A DNA stretch of 64,000 nt from Kofleriaceae bacterium (GCA_965215005.1 CBDCCZ010000004.1:128001-192000); one strand, 5' to 3'; positions 39,251-52,960 are shown, numbered from the stretch's first letter. A program made the numbers and translations. The notes: a model not told the origin generated them from the letters alone.

Positions 39251-40462
39251 GTGCTAATCGACTTCCTCTACGAGCTTCGGCGACACAAGCTCAACGTTTC
39301 GAGTCATGAGTGGCTAACGCTCATGGAAGCCTTGGGCAAGGGCCTCCATGAATCGTCTCTCGATGGTTTCTATCACCTCGCTCGATCTGTTTGCGTCAAA
39401 GACGTGGCCGAGTTCGATGCATTCGATCAGGCGTTTGCCAGCTATTTTCGCGGCGTGCATAGCGATGCCTTGGCAATGTCTCAGGAGCTGCTCGACTGGC
39501 TGCGCGACCCCAAGCAGTTCGCCGGACTGAGCGACGAAGAGCGGCGACTCCTCGAAGAGCTCGATCTCGAGCGATTGCGGCAGATGTTTGAAGAGCGTCT
39601 GCGCGAGCAAAAAGAGCGTCATGATGGCGGCAATCGCTGGATCGGCACCGGTGGTACGTCTCCGTTTGGCCATGGGGGTCATCATCCCAGCGGCCTGCGA
39701 ATCGGAGGTCCGGGAGGCGGGCGCTCGGCCATGCAAGTGGCTGAGGAACGCCGCTATCGCGAGTACCGCAAAGACTTGGTGCTCGATGTGCGGCAGATCG
39801 ACCTGGCTTTGCGCGAGCTTCGGCAGCTCGGCCGCGAAGGTGCGGTGGAGGAGCTCGACCTCGGCTCGACCGTCGACCAAACTTGCAAAAACGCTGGTGA
39901 CCTCGAGTTAGTCTGGCGCGCACCGCGACGCAACAAGGTCAAGCTGGTCTTACTCATGGACGTCGGCGGCTCGATGGATCCCTACGCGCAGCTCGTGGGG
40001 CGCCTGTTTACTGCCGCCTCGAGGAGCGGGCGCTTTGCCCGCTTTCGCAGCTATTACTTTCACAACTGCGTCTACGACAACGTCTACGAAGACTCCTACT
40101 TTCGGCAGCCGGTGCCGGTTGCCGATCTCTTGCACGGCTCCGATCGCGACGAAAAGCTCGTTATTGTCGGCGATGCGCTCATGCATCCCGGGGAGCTGCT
40201 TAGCGCGGGTGGCGCCATCTACTTCTACGAGAACAACCGGTCCGCGGGCATCGACTGGCTGCGCAAGCTGGCGGAGCACTTTCATCGCAGCGTTTGGCTC
40301 AACCCCGAGCCGAAGCGCTTTTGGCCCCGCACTACAATAGAAGTCGTCGCCAGCGTCTTCGGCATGTACGAGCTAACGCTCGAGGGGCTCGAGGAGGCGG
40401 TGCGTTACCTAGTGCGTGGGGGGCGCGGCGCGGCGCTGGCGGAGCTCGCTCGACCGATGTGA
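39251..40462 (+). CDS. vWA-domain CoxE-like protein
   Basis: [30 protein letters not shown] and WLNP motifs; partner of the upstream ATPase. Confidence 0.9.
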   Translation: MLIDFLYELRRHKLNVSSHEWLTLMEALGKGLHESSLDGFYHLARSVCVKDVAEFDAFDQAFASYFRGVHSDALAMSQELLDWLRDPKQFAGLSDEERRLLEELDLERLRQMFEERLREQKERHDGGNRWIGTGGTSPFGHGGHHPSGLRIGGPGGGRSAMQVAEERRYREYRKDLVLDVRQIDLALRELRQLGREGAVEELDLGSTVDQTCKNAGDLELVWRAPRRNKVKLVLLMDVGGSMDPYAQLVGRLFTAASRSGRFARFRSYYFHNCVYDNVYEDSYFRQPVPVADLLHGSDRDEKLVIVGDALMHPGELLSAGGAIYFYENNRSAGIDWLRKLAEHFHRSVWLNPEPKRFWPRTTIEVVASVFGMYELTLEGLEEAVRYLVRGGRGAALAELARPM

Positions 40463-40475
40463 CGAGTCAGCAGAC

Positions 40476-41909
40476 CTACCCTCCGTAAGCGGCGGCGAGC
40501 ATGGCGGCGGCGAGCAACACCGTCGCCGCCACCGCGAGGATGACCGTCCACCGACGTGGTGATTGCAGACGGATGACGTCGAGCACAGCGGCGGCTGGCG
40601 CCGGAAAGCGAGCGGCGGCCTCGGGTGAGGTGGTCATCGCGTTGCTCTCGCTCGATAGCGGAGCATGAGGCGGCGCTGGTTTGCTGGCCTCGGATGGACG
40701 AGGCGTAACAATGGTACGCGCAGAGTGAAACGCCTGCTCGTGAGCTGTTGCAGCGGCAGGAGATTGCCTTGCAAGCTCGGCTTCAGCGGCTAGCTCGGGG
40801 CCGAAAGTTTGGCTCAGATAGCGCCGCAGCTGCCGGCGTGAAAAACAAAGGCCGGTGTCGAATAGGGCCTCGCCAAAGGCGCGAGCCGTTGCCCAACGCC
40901 GGCTGCGCTGCTTGTGCAGGGCCTTGTGCACGACCGCCTCGACGACGGCTGGCAGGTCGCCGCGGAGCAGCGTGAGCGGCGGCGCTGGATCATCTTTGAC
41001 CGCGTGGAATGTAGCAACGTCATTGTTTCGCCTGAACAGACGCAGGCCGCTGAGCGCTTCGTGCATGACGACTGCGAGCGAGAACAAATCGGAGCGGCGA
41101 TCGAGCGGTTCTGCCCGCACCTGCTCTGGGGACATATAGGCTGCCTTGCCCTTCACGATGCCGACGCGGGTGTGGGCGCTATCGGTGCACTTGGCGATGC
41201 CGAAGTCCAGAACCTTGACGTCACCCTCGCTCGTGCAAAACAGGTTCGGCGGCGAGATGTCGCGATGCACCAGAGCACGCGGTCGCTCCCATTCGTCGGC
41301 GAGCTCATGCGCGAAGTGCAGCCCTTCGAGCGCCTCGAGCGCGACCCCGAGCACGAACCCAACCGGCAGCCGAATATCTAGCTCGGCGGCGAGTGACATG
41401 ACGTCAGCGAGCGACAATCCATGGAGATACTCCATGACGTGAAAATAGGTGCCGTCTTGCGAGCCGAGGTCGATCGCTGGGCACAAGTTTGGATGGCGCA
41501 GCGTCGCGCTGAGGCGCGCCTCCTGCAGGAACATCTCGACGTAAGCTTGTTCCTGCGCGAGGTGGGGCAGCAGACGCTTCACCGCTACGCGCCGGCGGAA
41601 ACCGGCCGCGGCGCGATAGTCGGCAAGATACACTTCACCCATACCGCCGGAAGCGAGCAGCGCGAGCAGAGTGTAGCTTTGGTGCGTGGCGCGGTCGCGG
41701 TGGCCAGGTCGGACGACCTCGGGCTGGCTGACTCCATTGACGCAGGAGACCCCATTGTCAGCGCGTGGAGGGGAGCTGGCGGGCGCTGTAGGCCGGCGGG
41801 GCAGGAGCTCCGGGCAGGCGGTAGGCAAGTGCAACATGCGAACTCGTCTGCAAATTGCACGGCTCGTGCCCAGATTCCTCCGGCAGGACGGCGACGGCAG
41901 CGTAGGCAC
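40476..41909 (-). CDS. Hanks-type Ser/Thr protein kinase with a C-terminal TM helix (start uncertain, probably shorter)
   Basis: GGMGEVY, VAVK, HRDISPPN, DFGIAK, YMSPEQ and DLFS motifs. Confidence 0.9.
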   Translation of the reverse strand: MPTLPSPSCRRNLGTSRAICRRVRMLHLPTACPELLPRRPTAPASSPPRADNGVSCVNGVSQPEVVRPGHRDRATHQSYTLLALLASGGMGEVYLADYRAAAGFRRRVAVKRLLPHLAQEQAYVEMFLQEARLSATLRHPNLCPAIDLGSQDGTYFHVMEYLHGLSLADVMSLAAELDIRLPVGFVLGVALEALEGLHFAHELADEWERPRALVHRDISPPNLFCTSEGDVKVLDFGIAKCTDSAHTRVGIVKGKAAYMSPEQVRAEPLDRRSDLFSLAVVMHEALSGLRLFRRNNDVATFHAVKDDPAPPLTLLRGDLPAVVEAVVHKALHKQRSRRWATARAFGEALFDTGLCFSRRQLRRYLSQTFGPELAAEAELARQSPAAATAHEQAFHSARTIVTPRPSEASKPAPPHAPLSSESNAMTTSPEAAARFPAPAAAVLDVIRLQSPRRWTVILAVAATVLLAAAMLAAAYGG

Positions 41910-42003
41910 ACACGATTCCAGTTTGGAGAATGGAAACCGCCGCCGCCGTCCATACCAGAGAAAATGATTGTGGAGGCTCGAGCTCAGCGCGCGGCTCAGT
42001 CAT
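41758..42003 (-). CDS. Possible small membrane protein (81 aa)
   Basis: AGGA 7 nt before the ATG; one hydrophobic helix; lies just downstream of the palindrome. Confidence 0.4.
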   Translation of the reverse strand: MTEPRAELEPPQSFSLVWTAAAVSILQTGIVCAYAAVAVLPEESGHEPCNLQTSSHVALAYRLPGAPAPPAYSARQLPSTR

Positions 42004-42014
42004 GAGCGGTCCTG

Positions 42015-42037
42015 TTGAAATCGATAATCACTTTCAA
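42015..42037. promoter_or_regulatory. Fur-box-like palindrome
   Basis: TTGAAATCGATAATCACTTTCAA; the core matches GATAATGATAATCATTATC at 14/19. Confidence 0.55.
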
Positions 42038-42365
42038 AAGCTATGGGTTCTTTGTACAGCGTGTGGCGGTGGTCGTCAACTGCCTTACGCACGACGAGAG
42101 CGGACGGAGCGACGGTTCAACTTGACCCGAGTAGCCGGGCCGTCGTGGCCATCCACTGCTAGACGGCCAACGAAGAGCGGAAGGTCTCCATCCGCGCAAT
42201 GGCGGCAAGCAGCTCGAGATGGTCAATGAGGTCGGTGAGTTGGCGCGATGCGCAGGAGACCGCGCCGAGCTTGGCGCACGAGATATTCGGGCTGCCTCGG
42301 GCTGGTGAGTCGTTTGCACAGTGCCTCGTCTGCAGATCACGATGATCCAGCTTCGGAGATGTACT

Positions 42366-43814
42366 ATGCGAGTTCATTGGGCACTGGCGGCGAGCGCTGC
42401 TTTGTTTGGTTCGGCGTGCCTCGATCAAGGGGACGCCAGCGATGTTGATTTCGATCCAAATCGTGCCAACGTCGGCACGTCAGATTCCACCGCTGGCGTG
42501 GTGGCGGTGTTGGTTGGCAAAGACGATGGAATCGCTCCGTGTACCGGCACCGTCATCGAGCGGAACGTCGTTCTGACCGCGGCGCATTGCGTCGAGGGAG
42601 CGAACTGGGTCGAGATCTATCAAGGCGATACGTTTCCCATTCCCTACGCTTCAGGTACGGGGATCGCGGGGCAGGTGCTGGCGGATAGCGAGTGGGACGC
42701 GGCCACTCGCACTGCAAGCAATCCAACCAACGACGCAACGGAAGGGCATGACCTCGCCTTGATCGTCGCTGGTAGTGACCTAAACGTTACGCCGCTGCCG
42801 GTGAGCTTCGAGCGCGTTACCAGCGCCTCACTCGGCGGCGTGCCGATTCGCTCCGTTGGCTACGGGCTCGACGGGAACAACGAAAACCGTGGGACGAAGC
42901 GTTCGGCGACGACGCGTGTACGAAGCGTCAAGAGCAATCACATCGAAGTCGATCCGGTCGTCTGCGATGGCGACTCCGGTGGACCCCTGCTCGCAAACCT
43001 CGATGGTCGTGAGGTGATCATTGGCGTGTCCGCGTTTAGCGACGGCCCCGTCAACGCGCTTTGCAAAGACAATGTCAGTAGCTACATAAATCGCACCGAT
43101 ACCGAAGCGGCGTTTCTGCGCTGGGGCCTCGAGAACCTCGCCCAGAAGGGAATTCTCGCGGCACCCTTCAGCAATCACCGGTCGCCACCATTCTCGGACT
43201 TGGTCGTCGTCGATGGCGAGCAGCGCCTGGTCGAGCTCGCCTTGGGTGAGATCATGGCTCTGCACGCGGCAAGCATCATTGGTGGCTACCGCGATGGCAG
43301 CTTTCGGCCCCAGCAATCGATCACTCGAGCGGAGCTCGCAGCCGTGTTGGCCGCAGCATTTACTTCGGGTACGGGGGCATCCAGCTCCTTTAGCGACGTT
43401 CCACCCGACTCCTGGGCCAAACCGGCCATCGATGCGGTCGTCTCCGCAGGCTTCATGCGCGGGTACGCCGATGGGACGTTCAAGCCCGCAGCCAACGTCA
43501 CTCGGCAAGAGGTGCTGGTTGCGCTAGCGAGCGGACTGCGTCTGCCTGCAGGCGACTTTGCGCGCGTCGCCGCTGATTACATCGACGACGCAGCCGTGCC
43601 GGAATGGGCTCGTGCGGGCGTGGCTGCAGCCCACGATGCCGGGCTTCTTCACAACGTGCTATTGACTCGCGCCGCGTCCGCCGAGGGCCTCGAGCTCCGT
43701 CCGACCACCGATGCCACGCGCGCCGAGGCCGTCTCGTTCATCTGGCAAGGGTATCAGCGGCAAGGCGCAGAGGCGTATCCGTGCCGGTTCCGCTTCGGCT
43801 GTACAACGAACTGA
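42366..43814 (+). CDS. Lipoprotein: trypsin-like (S1) protease + S-layer homology (SLH) domains
   Basis: GSAC lipobox; LTAAHC, HDLAL and GDSGGP triad; SLH motifs GYRDGSFRPQQSITRAE, FSDVP..W..GYADGTFKP..VTRQE and ATRAEA. Confidence 0.9.
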   Translation: MRVHWALAASAALFGSACLDQGDASDVDFDPNRANVGTSDSTAGVVAVLVGKDDGIAPCTGTVIERNVVLTAAHCVEGANWVEIYQGDTFPIPYASGTGIAGQVLADSEWDAATRTASNPTNDATEGHDLALIVAGSDLNVTPLPVSFERVTSASLGGVPIRSVGYGLDGNNENRGTKRSATTRVRSVKSNHIEVDPVVCDGDSGGPLLANLDGREVIIGVSAFSDGPVNALCKDNVSSYINRTDTEAAFLRWGLENLAQKGILAAPFSNHRSPPFSDLVVVDGEQRLVELALGEIMALHAASIIGGYRDGSFRPQQSITRAELAAVLAAAFTSGTGASSSFSDVPPDSWAKPAIDAVVSAGFMRGYADGTFKPAANVTRQEVLVALASGLRLPAGDFARVAADYIDDAAVPEWARAGVAAAHDAGLLHNVLLTRAASAEGLELRPTTDATRAEAVSFIWQGYQRQGAEAYPCRFRFGCTTN

Positions 43815-43920
43815 CAGCAATGCTGCTGAGTAAGCGGATCACGACTGAGAACGAGAACCGCATCCCGCACTCGCCGCGGATCGCCCACGAGCGCAGCAGT
43901 TGCCCAGATTCGTTGAGGTG

Positions 43921-43950
43921 AGGCGGCTACGATCAGTCTCGTAGCCGCCT
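43921..43950. terminator. Hairpin between convergent genes
   Basis: Perfect 12-bp stem AGGCGGCTACGA / TCGTAGCCGCCT. Confidence 0.55.
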
Positions 43951-43980
43951 GCTTCGGGGTTGGTCAACTCCTTACGGCTC

Positions 43981-46900
43981 CTACGTGCTGGCCTTCGCAG
44001 CGCGCAGCGCGGAGCGGCGCAGTACGAAGACGAGGCCTAGCAGCGATAGCAGCGCGGTCCACGGTGAGCCGCCGGCCGAGCTCTGACAGCCGCTCGAGTT
44101 AGGAGGGCGAGGTGATTGAGGCATCGGTGGTTGCTGCTCGTCGTCGCAACCGGCGGGGTCGGTGCAGTCATCCGCCGGCTGCTCCGGCTCCGGCATTTCT
44201 TGCTCACACATGGCAGGGTCGCCGCCGATGCACTCACCGCCATTGCACATGTCACCTTCTTCACAACCCTGTCCATCGCTGCAGGCGGTGCCGTCGGCGA
44301 CTTCGGGATCGCTGCACACACCGGTGCTCGGCTCGCACTCGCCAGCTTGATGGCATTGATCGCTCGCCTCGCAAACCACGGGATCGCTGCCCAGGCACTC
44401 GCCGCGCTGGCAGCTATCGATTTGCGTGCAGGAGTTGCCATCGTCGCAGGCGAGCCCGTCGTCTTTGGCGGGCGAGCTACACGTGCCCGTGGCCGGGTCG
44501 CAGACGCCAGCGTCAAAGCACTGACCCATGGCTTCACAAACGATGGCGTCGCCGCCGGTGCAGGCGCCAGCCTGGCAGCTGTCGGTTTGGGTGCAGGCGT
44601 TGCCATCGTCGCAGACAGTGCCATCGTCGTTGGCGACATCGGCGGGGCACTCGAGGGAGGTGCCGTCGCACGCTTCGGCGGCGTCGCACTGGCCGGCTGA
44701 GTCGCGGCAGGTGGCGCCGGCCGCAACCGGCCCACAGATGCCATTGACTGCAGCGCCGGCCTCCGCGCTGCATGCTTGGCAGTCGCTCGCGCCGCCGCCG
44801 CAAGCGGAGTTGCAGCAGACGCCGTCGACGCAGAAGCCGCTCTCGCACTCGATGGCGCTGGTGCATTCGATTCCAGTGCCATCGAGCGAGATCAGCTTGC
44901 CGCGCACGCGCGTCGTTAGATACGTATCCTCGCCGCCCCAGGCCGCGTAGGCGATGAGCCAGCGCCCCGGACCCGCCATCGCCAGGGTCGGTTCATCATA
45001 GTAAGTGTGCTGGTCGGCGAGGACAATCGGCTGGGCAGCGACCAAGGCGCCATCCGCGGTGATGCGCGAGGCCCGTAGTTCGGAGGCGCCGGCTGCCAGG
45101 GGATGACGCCAGGCCACCAGCACGCTGTCGCTATCGCTGGCGGCAGCGAACTGCGCGTATCCATCAGGGTTCGCTACGGCGATATCGGTCACAATAACTG
45201 TTCCGTCTGCGGCCACGACCGCGCCTAGAATGCCGCGCTCGTCATTGGTCCACAGGACGACGTGGTTGTCGCCGGCAGCAACGGCGCGCAGTCGAAAGCC
45301 GCTGAGGCTCGACACCTTTTTGCCCAGCGCATCCTGGAGCTGGCCATCGGCGGTCACGCGTGCGACGTAAATGCCATCGCCGTCCCAGCCGTTTCGCCAG
45401 AAGACGAGAAAGTGATCACCAGCGCGGACGACCGTTGCGGCTTCCTCCTGAGCGGATGACGTGGTGATGCGAATGCGCTCGCGAAGCGCTTCCTCTCCGA
45501 GGATCAGGCGATCGACGTACACGTCGCCGCCGTCTGGATAGTGAGGAAAAAGGCATACGCTGTCGGAACAGGCGCCCCTAGCAAGGTACGTATTCGCCAC
45601 ACTGAGGATCGGCGTGGCGTCGCCGGCGGTGCCGTCGTTAGCGAGGCGCGCGTATCTCGGCCCCTCGGCGGCCCGCCAGAAGGCGACGTAACCGGAGCGA
45701 GCCTCGAGAACCTCGAGCTCCGAGGGAACGGTTAACGGCTCATCTTGCAGCGGGGTTCCAGATAGGCTCAGCCAAGCGGTTTCATATCTAAGCTGGTCGT
45801 TTTTCCACTGCAGTAATAGTCGCTCTCCGATGCGCCACAGAGCTGGTTCTTGCTGCCAATCGACGGCCCATGCGAAGAGAGTCGCCGGTGGCATCGGAGT
45901 TAGCTGTTCGTCGAGGCGCCAGGCGCGACCGGTCACGAAGAGACGATAGCCGGTCGCATCCGCGAACAGGTGGCTCGGAACGCCGAGCTCCGGGAGAGCG
46001 AGCGGCTCACTGATCTCGCGGCTAGGCGACACGCGCACCGCCACCGCCTCGCCGCTACCGGTTTGACCGACGACGACGTGGTGCTCGCCATCGAACACCG
46101 ATGCGATGTTGGTGGTCGCATCGGTGAAAAGGGTGGCGGGGTCGGTATCGAGGATGATCCCGCGGGGTGTCACCTGCAGTGCCTTCGCCTCTCCGCCGCT
46201 CGACACCCAGCTGAGCAGATAGGTGCTGCCATCAAAGGTGACTTCTGTGCTGCAGGGCGACCCGCTAATGGGGGAGCTCAGCAGTGTGTTTATGATTTGT
46301 TGGCCCTGGCGGTCGAAAAGCCGCGCATAACTAGCAGCGCCGTTGCAGGTGGCCGCGAGAAAGCGCTCGCCGTCAAAGGCCACACCTCCGAGCGAGCTGC
46401 GCGCCCAGATCGGAAGGTCGCTACTGGTGCTGTCGTCGCGCAGGATGCGGCCGCTGACGAAGTCACGACGGTCGTCTCCTCGCGCTTGCCAGAGGAGGAG
46501 GGTCTCGCCGGTACCGCGAATGGCGCGGAGAGCCTCGATGCCACGTCTTGATGCATCGACGTAAATCTCCCGCTCTGAGCCGGCCACGGTCTCGAGTGCG
46601 GGTGTCATGGTGAGCGCGCGAATACTTCGAGGAAACGCGTTCGTGATCCAGAAAACAGTGTATTGGCTGCCATCGAAAACCATGGCGGCGTCAGTGCCCA
46701 GCGTCTCGGTGAGCACCTGACCGAATTCATCCAGCGACGCGCCATTGGCGTCGATGCGATTGGCCACCAGCTGATCTCCGCGCTCCCACAGCGCTACGTA
46801 ATTGGTGCCATCGTAGGCGGCAGCGAGAGTTCTGCTGTCCGGGCGGTAGACAGGCGGCCGAACGCGGATCTCCTCCGAGATCAGCGGCGCCTCGGTGCGT

Positions 46901-47097
46901 GAGACGCTGTCGGCGCGTTCACTCGCGCAGCCAGTCGCCGCGGCAACGGCGATGAGTGCAAGAAGAAGGCGGAATGGTCGACGGTGAGCGCGTTGCAACG
47001 GAAGTCTCCTCAAAGGGTGCGGCCACGCAGCCGATGGCCAGAGCTCGACCGCTGGGCGGCCGACGACGCAGATGCTGCGGGCTGCGATATAGCGCAT
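43981..47097 (-). CDS. Large surface protein: beta-rich repeats, Cys-rich/disintegrin-like repeats and MYXO-CTERM sorting signal (start uncertain)
   Basis: ATGC lipobox-like signal, FDGxxYxxxW repeats, CDDGNACT units, and C-terminal SGCQSSAGGSPWTALLSLLGLVFVLRR. Confidence 0.85.
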   Translation of the reverse strand: MRYIAARSICVVGRPAVELWPSAAWPHPLRRLPLQRAHRRPFRLLLALIAVAAATGCASERADSVSRTEAPLISEEIRVRPPVYRPDSRTLAAAYDGTNYVALWERGDQLVANRIDANGASLDEFGQVLTETLGTDAAMVFDGSQYTVFWITNAFPRSIRALTMTPALETVAGSEREIYVDASRRGIEALRAIRGTGETLLLWQARGDDRRDFVSGRILRDDSTSSDLPIWARSSLGGVAFDGERFLAATCNGAASYARLFDRQGQQIINTLLSSPISGSPCSTEVTFDGSTYLLSWVSSGGEAKALQVTPRGIILDTDPATLFTDATTNIASVFDGEHHVVVGQTGSGEAVAVRVSPSREISEPLALPELGVPSHLFADATGYRLFVTGRAWRLDEQLTPMPPATLFAWAVDWQQEPALWRIGERLLLQWKNDQLRYETAWLSLSGTPLQDEPLTVPSELEVLEARSGYVAFWRAAEGPRYARLANDGTAGDATPILSVANTYLARGACSDSVCLFPHYPDGGDVYVDRLILGEEALRERIRITTSSAQEEAATVVRAGDHFLVFWRNGWDGDGIYVARVTADGQLQDALGKKVSSLSGFRLRAVAAGDNHVVLWTNDERGILGAVVAADGTVIVTDIAVANPDGYAQFAAASDSDSVLVAWRHPLAAGASELRASRITADGALVAAQPIVLADQHTYYDEPTLAMAGPGRWLIAYAAWGGEDTYLTTRVRGKLISLDGTGIECTSAIECESGFCVDGVCCNSACGGGASDCQACSAEAGAAVNGICGPVAAGATCRDSAGQCDAAEACDGTSLECPADVANDDGTVCDDGNACTQTDSCQAGACTGGDAIVCEAMGQCFDAGVCDPATGTCSSPAKDDGLACDDGNSCTQIDSCQRGECLGSDPVVCEASDQCHQAGECEPSTGVCSDPEVADGTACSDGQGCEEGDMCNGGECIGGDPAMCEQEMPEPEQPADDCTDPAGCDDEQQPPMPQSPRPPNSSGCQSSAGGSPWTALLSLLGLVFVLRRSALRAAKAST

Positions 47098-47480
47098 CCG
47101 CCCGCTGCCGTGGCTGGCAAGGATGGGCAAAGTGATGCCATCTCGAATGCTGGCCCTCGGGTGTGCAGGCAGTTTGAGCTCGACCGAACCGGCCTCGAAT
47201 GGCGAGGTCATCGGACGCAGGCTGAAGCGCCGCTCGACGCGCGACACCTACGGGACGATGCTGCGACTCAAATCAGCCGGAGCATCCGCCGAGGGCCTTT
47301 GATGCCGCCACGCGGGAATAATCGATACGAATTTGCGCTCCGAGGCGCCCGGATGGCTAGGCTCGAAGCAGCGCGTAGTGGTCTACGCAACCGATAGGCA
47401 ACGTCGCCAGCCGGGCCAACCGGGAAAGAATGGCGTCCAGACCGCGGCGTCTTTGCGCGGCGCCTCAGCCGCTGCGGTCG

Positions 47481-49352
47481 CTATTGCATCCAGTCGGGGG
47501 TGGGGCCGACGGGGACGTCCGGCTCTTGCTCGGGGGGCTTGGTGGTTTCACTACCCGGCTCCGGCGCAGGCGGCTTGGTGGCAGGCGGTTTGTTGGCAGG
47601 CGGTTTGTTGGCAGACGGTCGCTCCGCGGCTGCGGTGTTGTTTAGCTCGCGTTCAGGGGCGGTGGGCCGGCGAGTAGGTTCGGGCTTAGCGACGCGGTCT
47701 TCTCGCTCCTGGACCTGACGTTTCTCCAACACCGTCGTCACCACTTGCACGAGCCGATCGCCGCGTTCTTCGAATCCTTCATTGGCAGCGACGGTGACAT
47801 CGCTCTTTTCGTGGCCGCGCTTTCGCACGCTGATTCGATAGCGCTCCGTCTCGCCGAGTGCGCCCTTCAAGGCGACCTCGGCAGGCGTGGTGTCGCGCAG
47901 TCGCGTTCCATTGATGAACACGAGCGCACCCTCGGGCTCGGACTCGATGAGCAGAAACTTGTTCATTGGCTCGAGCTCAACCGACATTTGCACGGGAGAA
48001 GCGGCTGCTACGAAGCTCTTCTCAACTGGCAAAAATCCTGGATGGCTTATACGAACCGCATACTGCTTGCCCTCTTCGAGGGAATCTAGCGTCATGGGAG
48101 AAGGGCCATTTGTCGACTCGCCTAGCAACTCGACCATTGCTCCCTCGGGCATGGTTTCGATGGTGGCGCGCGCCGTGGCAACCGGCTCCGGCTCAGGAGC
48201 CGGCGCGACATCCGCCGTCTCGGGCGCGACGGCAACGATTGGCGGCGCCGACTGCTCAGCCACCAGTTGTTGCTGCTGCCAATACCAGAATCCAGCCCCA
48301 CCTGCGGCCAATAGTACCGTTAGCGCCGCCACAATCTTCCAGCCACCGCCTCCTGTCTCGGTGGCAACGGCGGCGGCCACCGGCGGATCCTCTTCATATC
48401 GCTCGGCAGTCGTCGATCCTGGACGCGCCGCGACGGCGGTGTGCGCGTGCTCTAGCTCCACGCGGTCGTTGAGGTCGCCAAAGTCGTGTTCGAAGTCGCC
48501 GGCGTCGCTGGCCGCGGGCTCATCGATGATGTTGCCGGAGACGAGTGACGCGTTTGCCTGATCCGAGGCCACGACCGAGTCGCCCGCCCCATCGCTGGCG
48601 GCCTCGTCGGTCTCTGAAGTTGGCAGTTGCGAGCGGCGCTGCGCGAGCTCGTCGACGATGACCTCGGGCTCGGACTCATCACTTCTAGTCGCCGGGTTGC
48701 TCGCTCGGCGGAACACGACGTCGTTATCGTCGGTGTCGCGGGTGGCGGCGACGAGCTCGTCGAGCGAGCGGACTTTGGTCGCTTCTTCGAACGCTTCTTC
48801 AGGGAAGTCGTCAGCGTCGCTGTGAAACGGCATCGGCGATGGCAGCGGCGTTGCGTCGGTACGTTCGTCGACGAAGCTCGAGGTCCGCGGGGCCATATTC
48901 CCGAATTTCGGATTGCTCTCTTTGGCCAGACCCGCAACCAGCGGCGAAGGCGCAACTCGTGTCGGCGCCTCATTGAAGACCGGCGGATGGGTATCCCGGC
49001 CGCCTTTGGCGCTTTTCTGCGCGAGAATCTTGTCGAGAACTGCTTGGCTGCCCTCGGCCAGGCGGTCGAACCGCACGCCCATTCCCGGCGCAACGCCGGT
49101 GCGCGTGGGATCATGCTCACGCGTCCAAACCACGGTGCCCTCTCCCGTGATCAACGGCGAGGCGTCTCTGAGCTGAAACTCGAATCGCAGAGTCGTGCCG
49201 ACCGGCAGCGGATCCTTCGTGCGAATGAAGATTCCGCCGTGACTCACATCCACCGAGTAGCGCTCGATGAACTGGTCCAGGGTAGCGCTCTTGAACTTGA
49301 TCTTGAGCGTTACCGGCGTGCGCTTTGCTTGTCGAGTGTGCGTATCGGCCAA
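47481..49352 (-). CDS. TIGR02266-type PilZ domain membrane protein with PEGA-like domains
   Basis: RxxxR and DVSHGGIFI motifs, GEGTVVW..GMGVRF, a TM helix, and ESEPEGALVFING; TTG start after GGAGGAG. Confidence 0.85.
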   Translation of the reverse strand: MADTHTRQAKRTPVTLKIKFKSATLDQFIERYSVDVSHGGIFIRTKDPLPVGTTLRFEFQLRDASPLITGEGTVVWTREHDPTRTGVAPGMGVRFDRLAEGSQAVLDKILAQKSAKGGRDTHPPVFNEAPTRVAPSPLVAGLAKESNPKFGNMAPRTSSFVDERTDATPLPSPMPFHSDADDFPEEAFEEATKVRSLDELVAATRDTDDNDVVFRRASNPATRSDESEPEVIVDELAQRRSQLPTSETDEAASDGAGDSVVASDQANASLVSGNIIDEPAASDAGDFEHDFGDLNDRVELEHAHTAVAARPGSTTAERYEEDPPVAAAVATETGGGGWKIVAALTVLLAAGGAGFWYWQQQQLVAEQSAPPIVAVAPETADVAPAPEPEPVATARATIETMPEGAMVELLGESTNGPSPMTLDSLEEGKQYAVRISHPGFLPVEKSFVAAASPVQMSVELEPMNKFLLIESEPEGALVFINGTRLRDTTPAEVALKGALGETERYRISVRKRGHEKSDVTVAANEGFEERGDRLVQVVTTVLEKRQVQEREDRVAKPEPTRRPTAPERELNNTAAAERPSANKPPANKPPATKPPAPEPGSETTKPPEQEPDVPVGPTPDWMQ

Positions 49353-49691
49353 GTTGTCTCCTCCCACTCGCCGGGATCGAACGACGTCCTTCGATGGGTG
49401 CCGTCGGTCGGCTCGAGCGTCGTCGTCAGCGGGCAGGCTCCGGGAGAAATGGTGTAGGAACAATCATATGGGACGGCGCCGGCGATTTGCAACGCGCTTG
49501 ATGATTGCGGCAGGTCGGGCCCATGGCCGCCAGCAATCTGGCTGCAGGATCACCTTGAGCGGCGTTGCCCCACCTGCTCCGACACTGCAACCTATCCATC
49601 TTGGTTTGACCGCGACTCGCTGGCGCACGTGACACTCTCTTCGCTGGGCGTACGTCGCGGATGCCACTGCAGGGCTCACTTACTCATATAC

Positions 49692-50954
<1,263 letters not shown>

Positions 50955-50979
50955 GCGCAGAGCTTACCAGCCGTGCTAG

Positions 50980-52785
<1,806 letters not shown>

Positions 52786-52851
52786 GTCCTAGACTCTGAG
52801 CGCGGTCTCGAGCTGCGCAGGCATCAGAACCCCGGTCTTGTCAAGCATCTT

Positions 52852-52913
52852 TGCAAGTCCAATGCCACTGGTGTAATTCGCCTCTTGAAAGAGTGGCACC
52901 TCTCTTGTATCCT
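52852..52913. promoter_or_regulatory. rpoN upstream region: sigma70-like promoter overlapping a sigma54-like site, plus an antisense sigma54 consensus
   Basis: TTGAAA-N17-TATCCT at 52885-52913; TGGCACCTCTCTTGTA at 52894-52909 (+); TGGCATTGGACTTGCA at 52852-52867 (-). Confidence 0.65.
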
Positions 52914-52960
52914 AGCCCTGAGACCCGCCTCTAAGGTCTCGAAGTTCAAAGGAGAACGCG

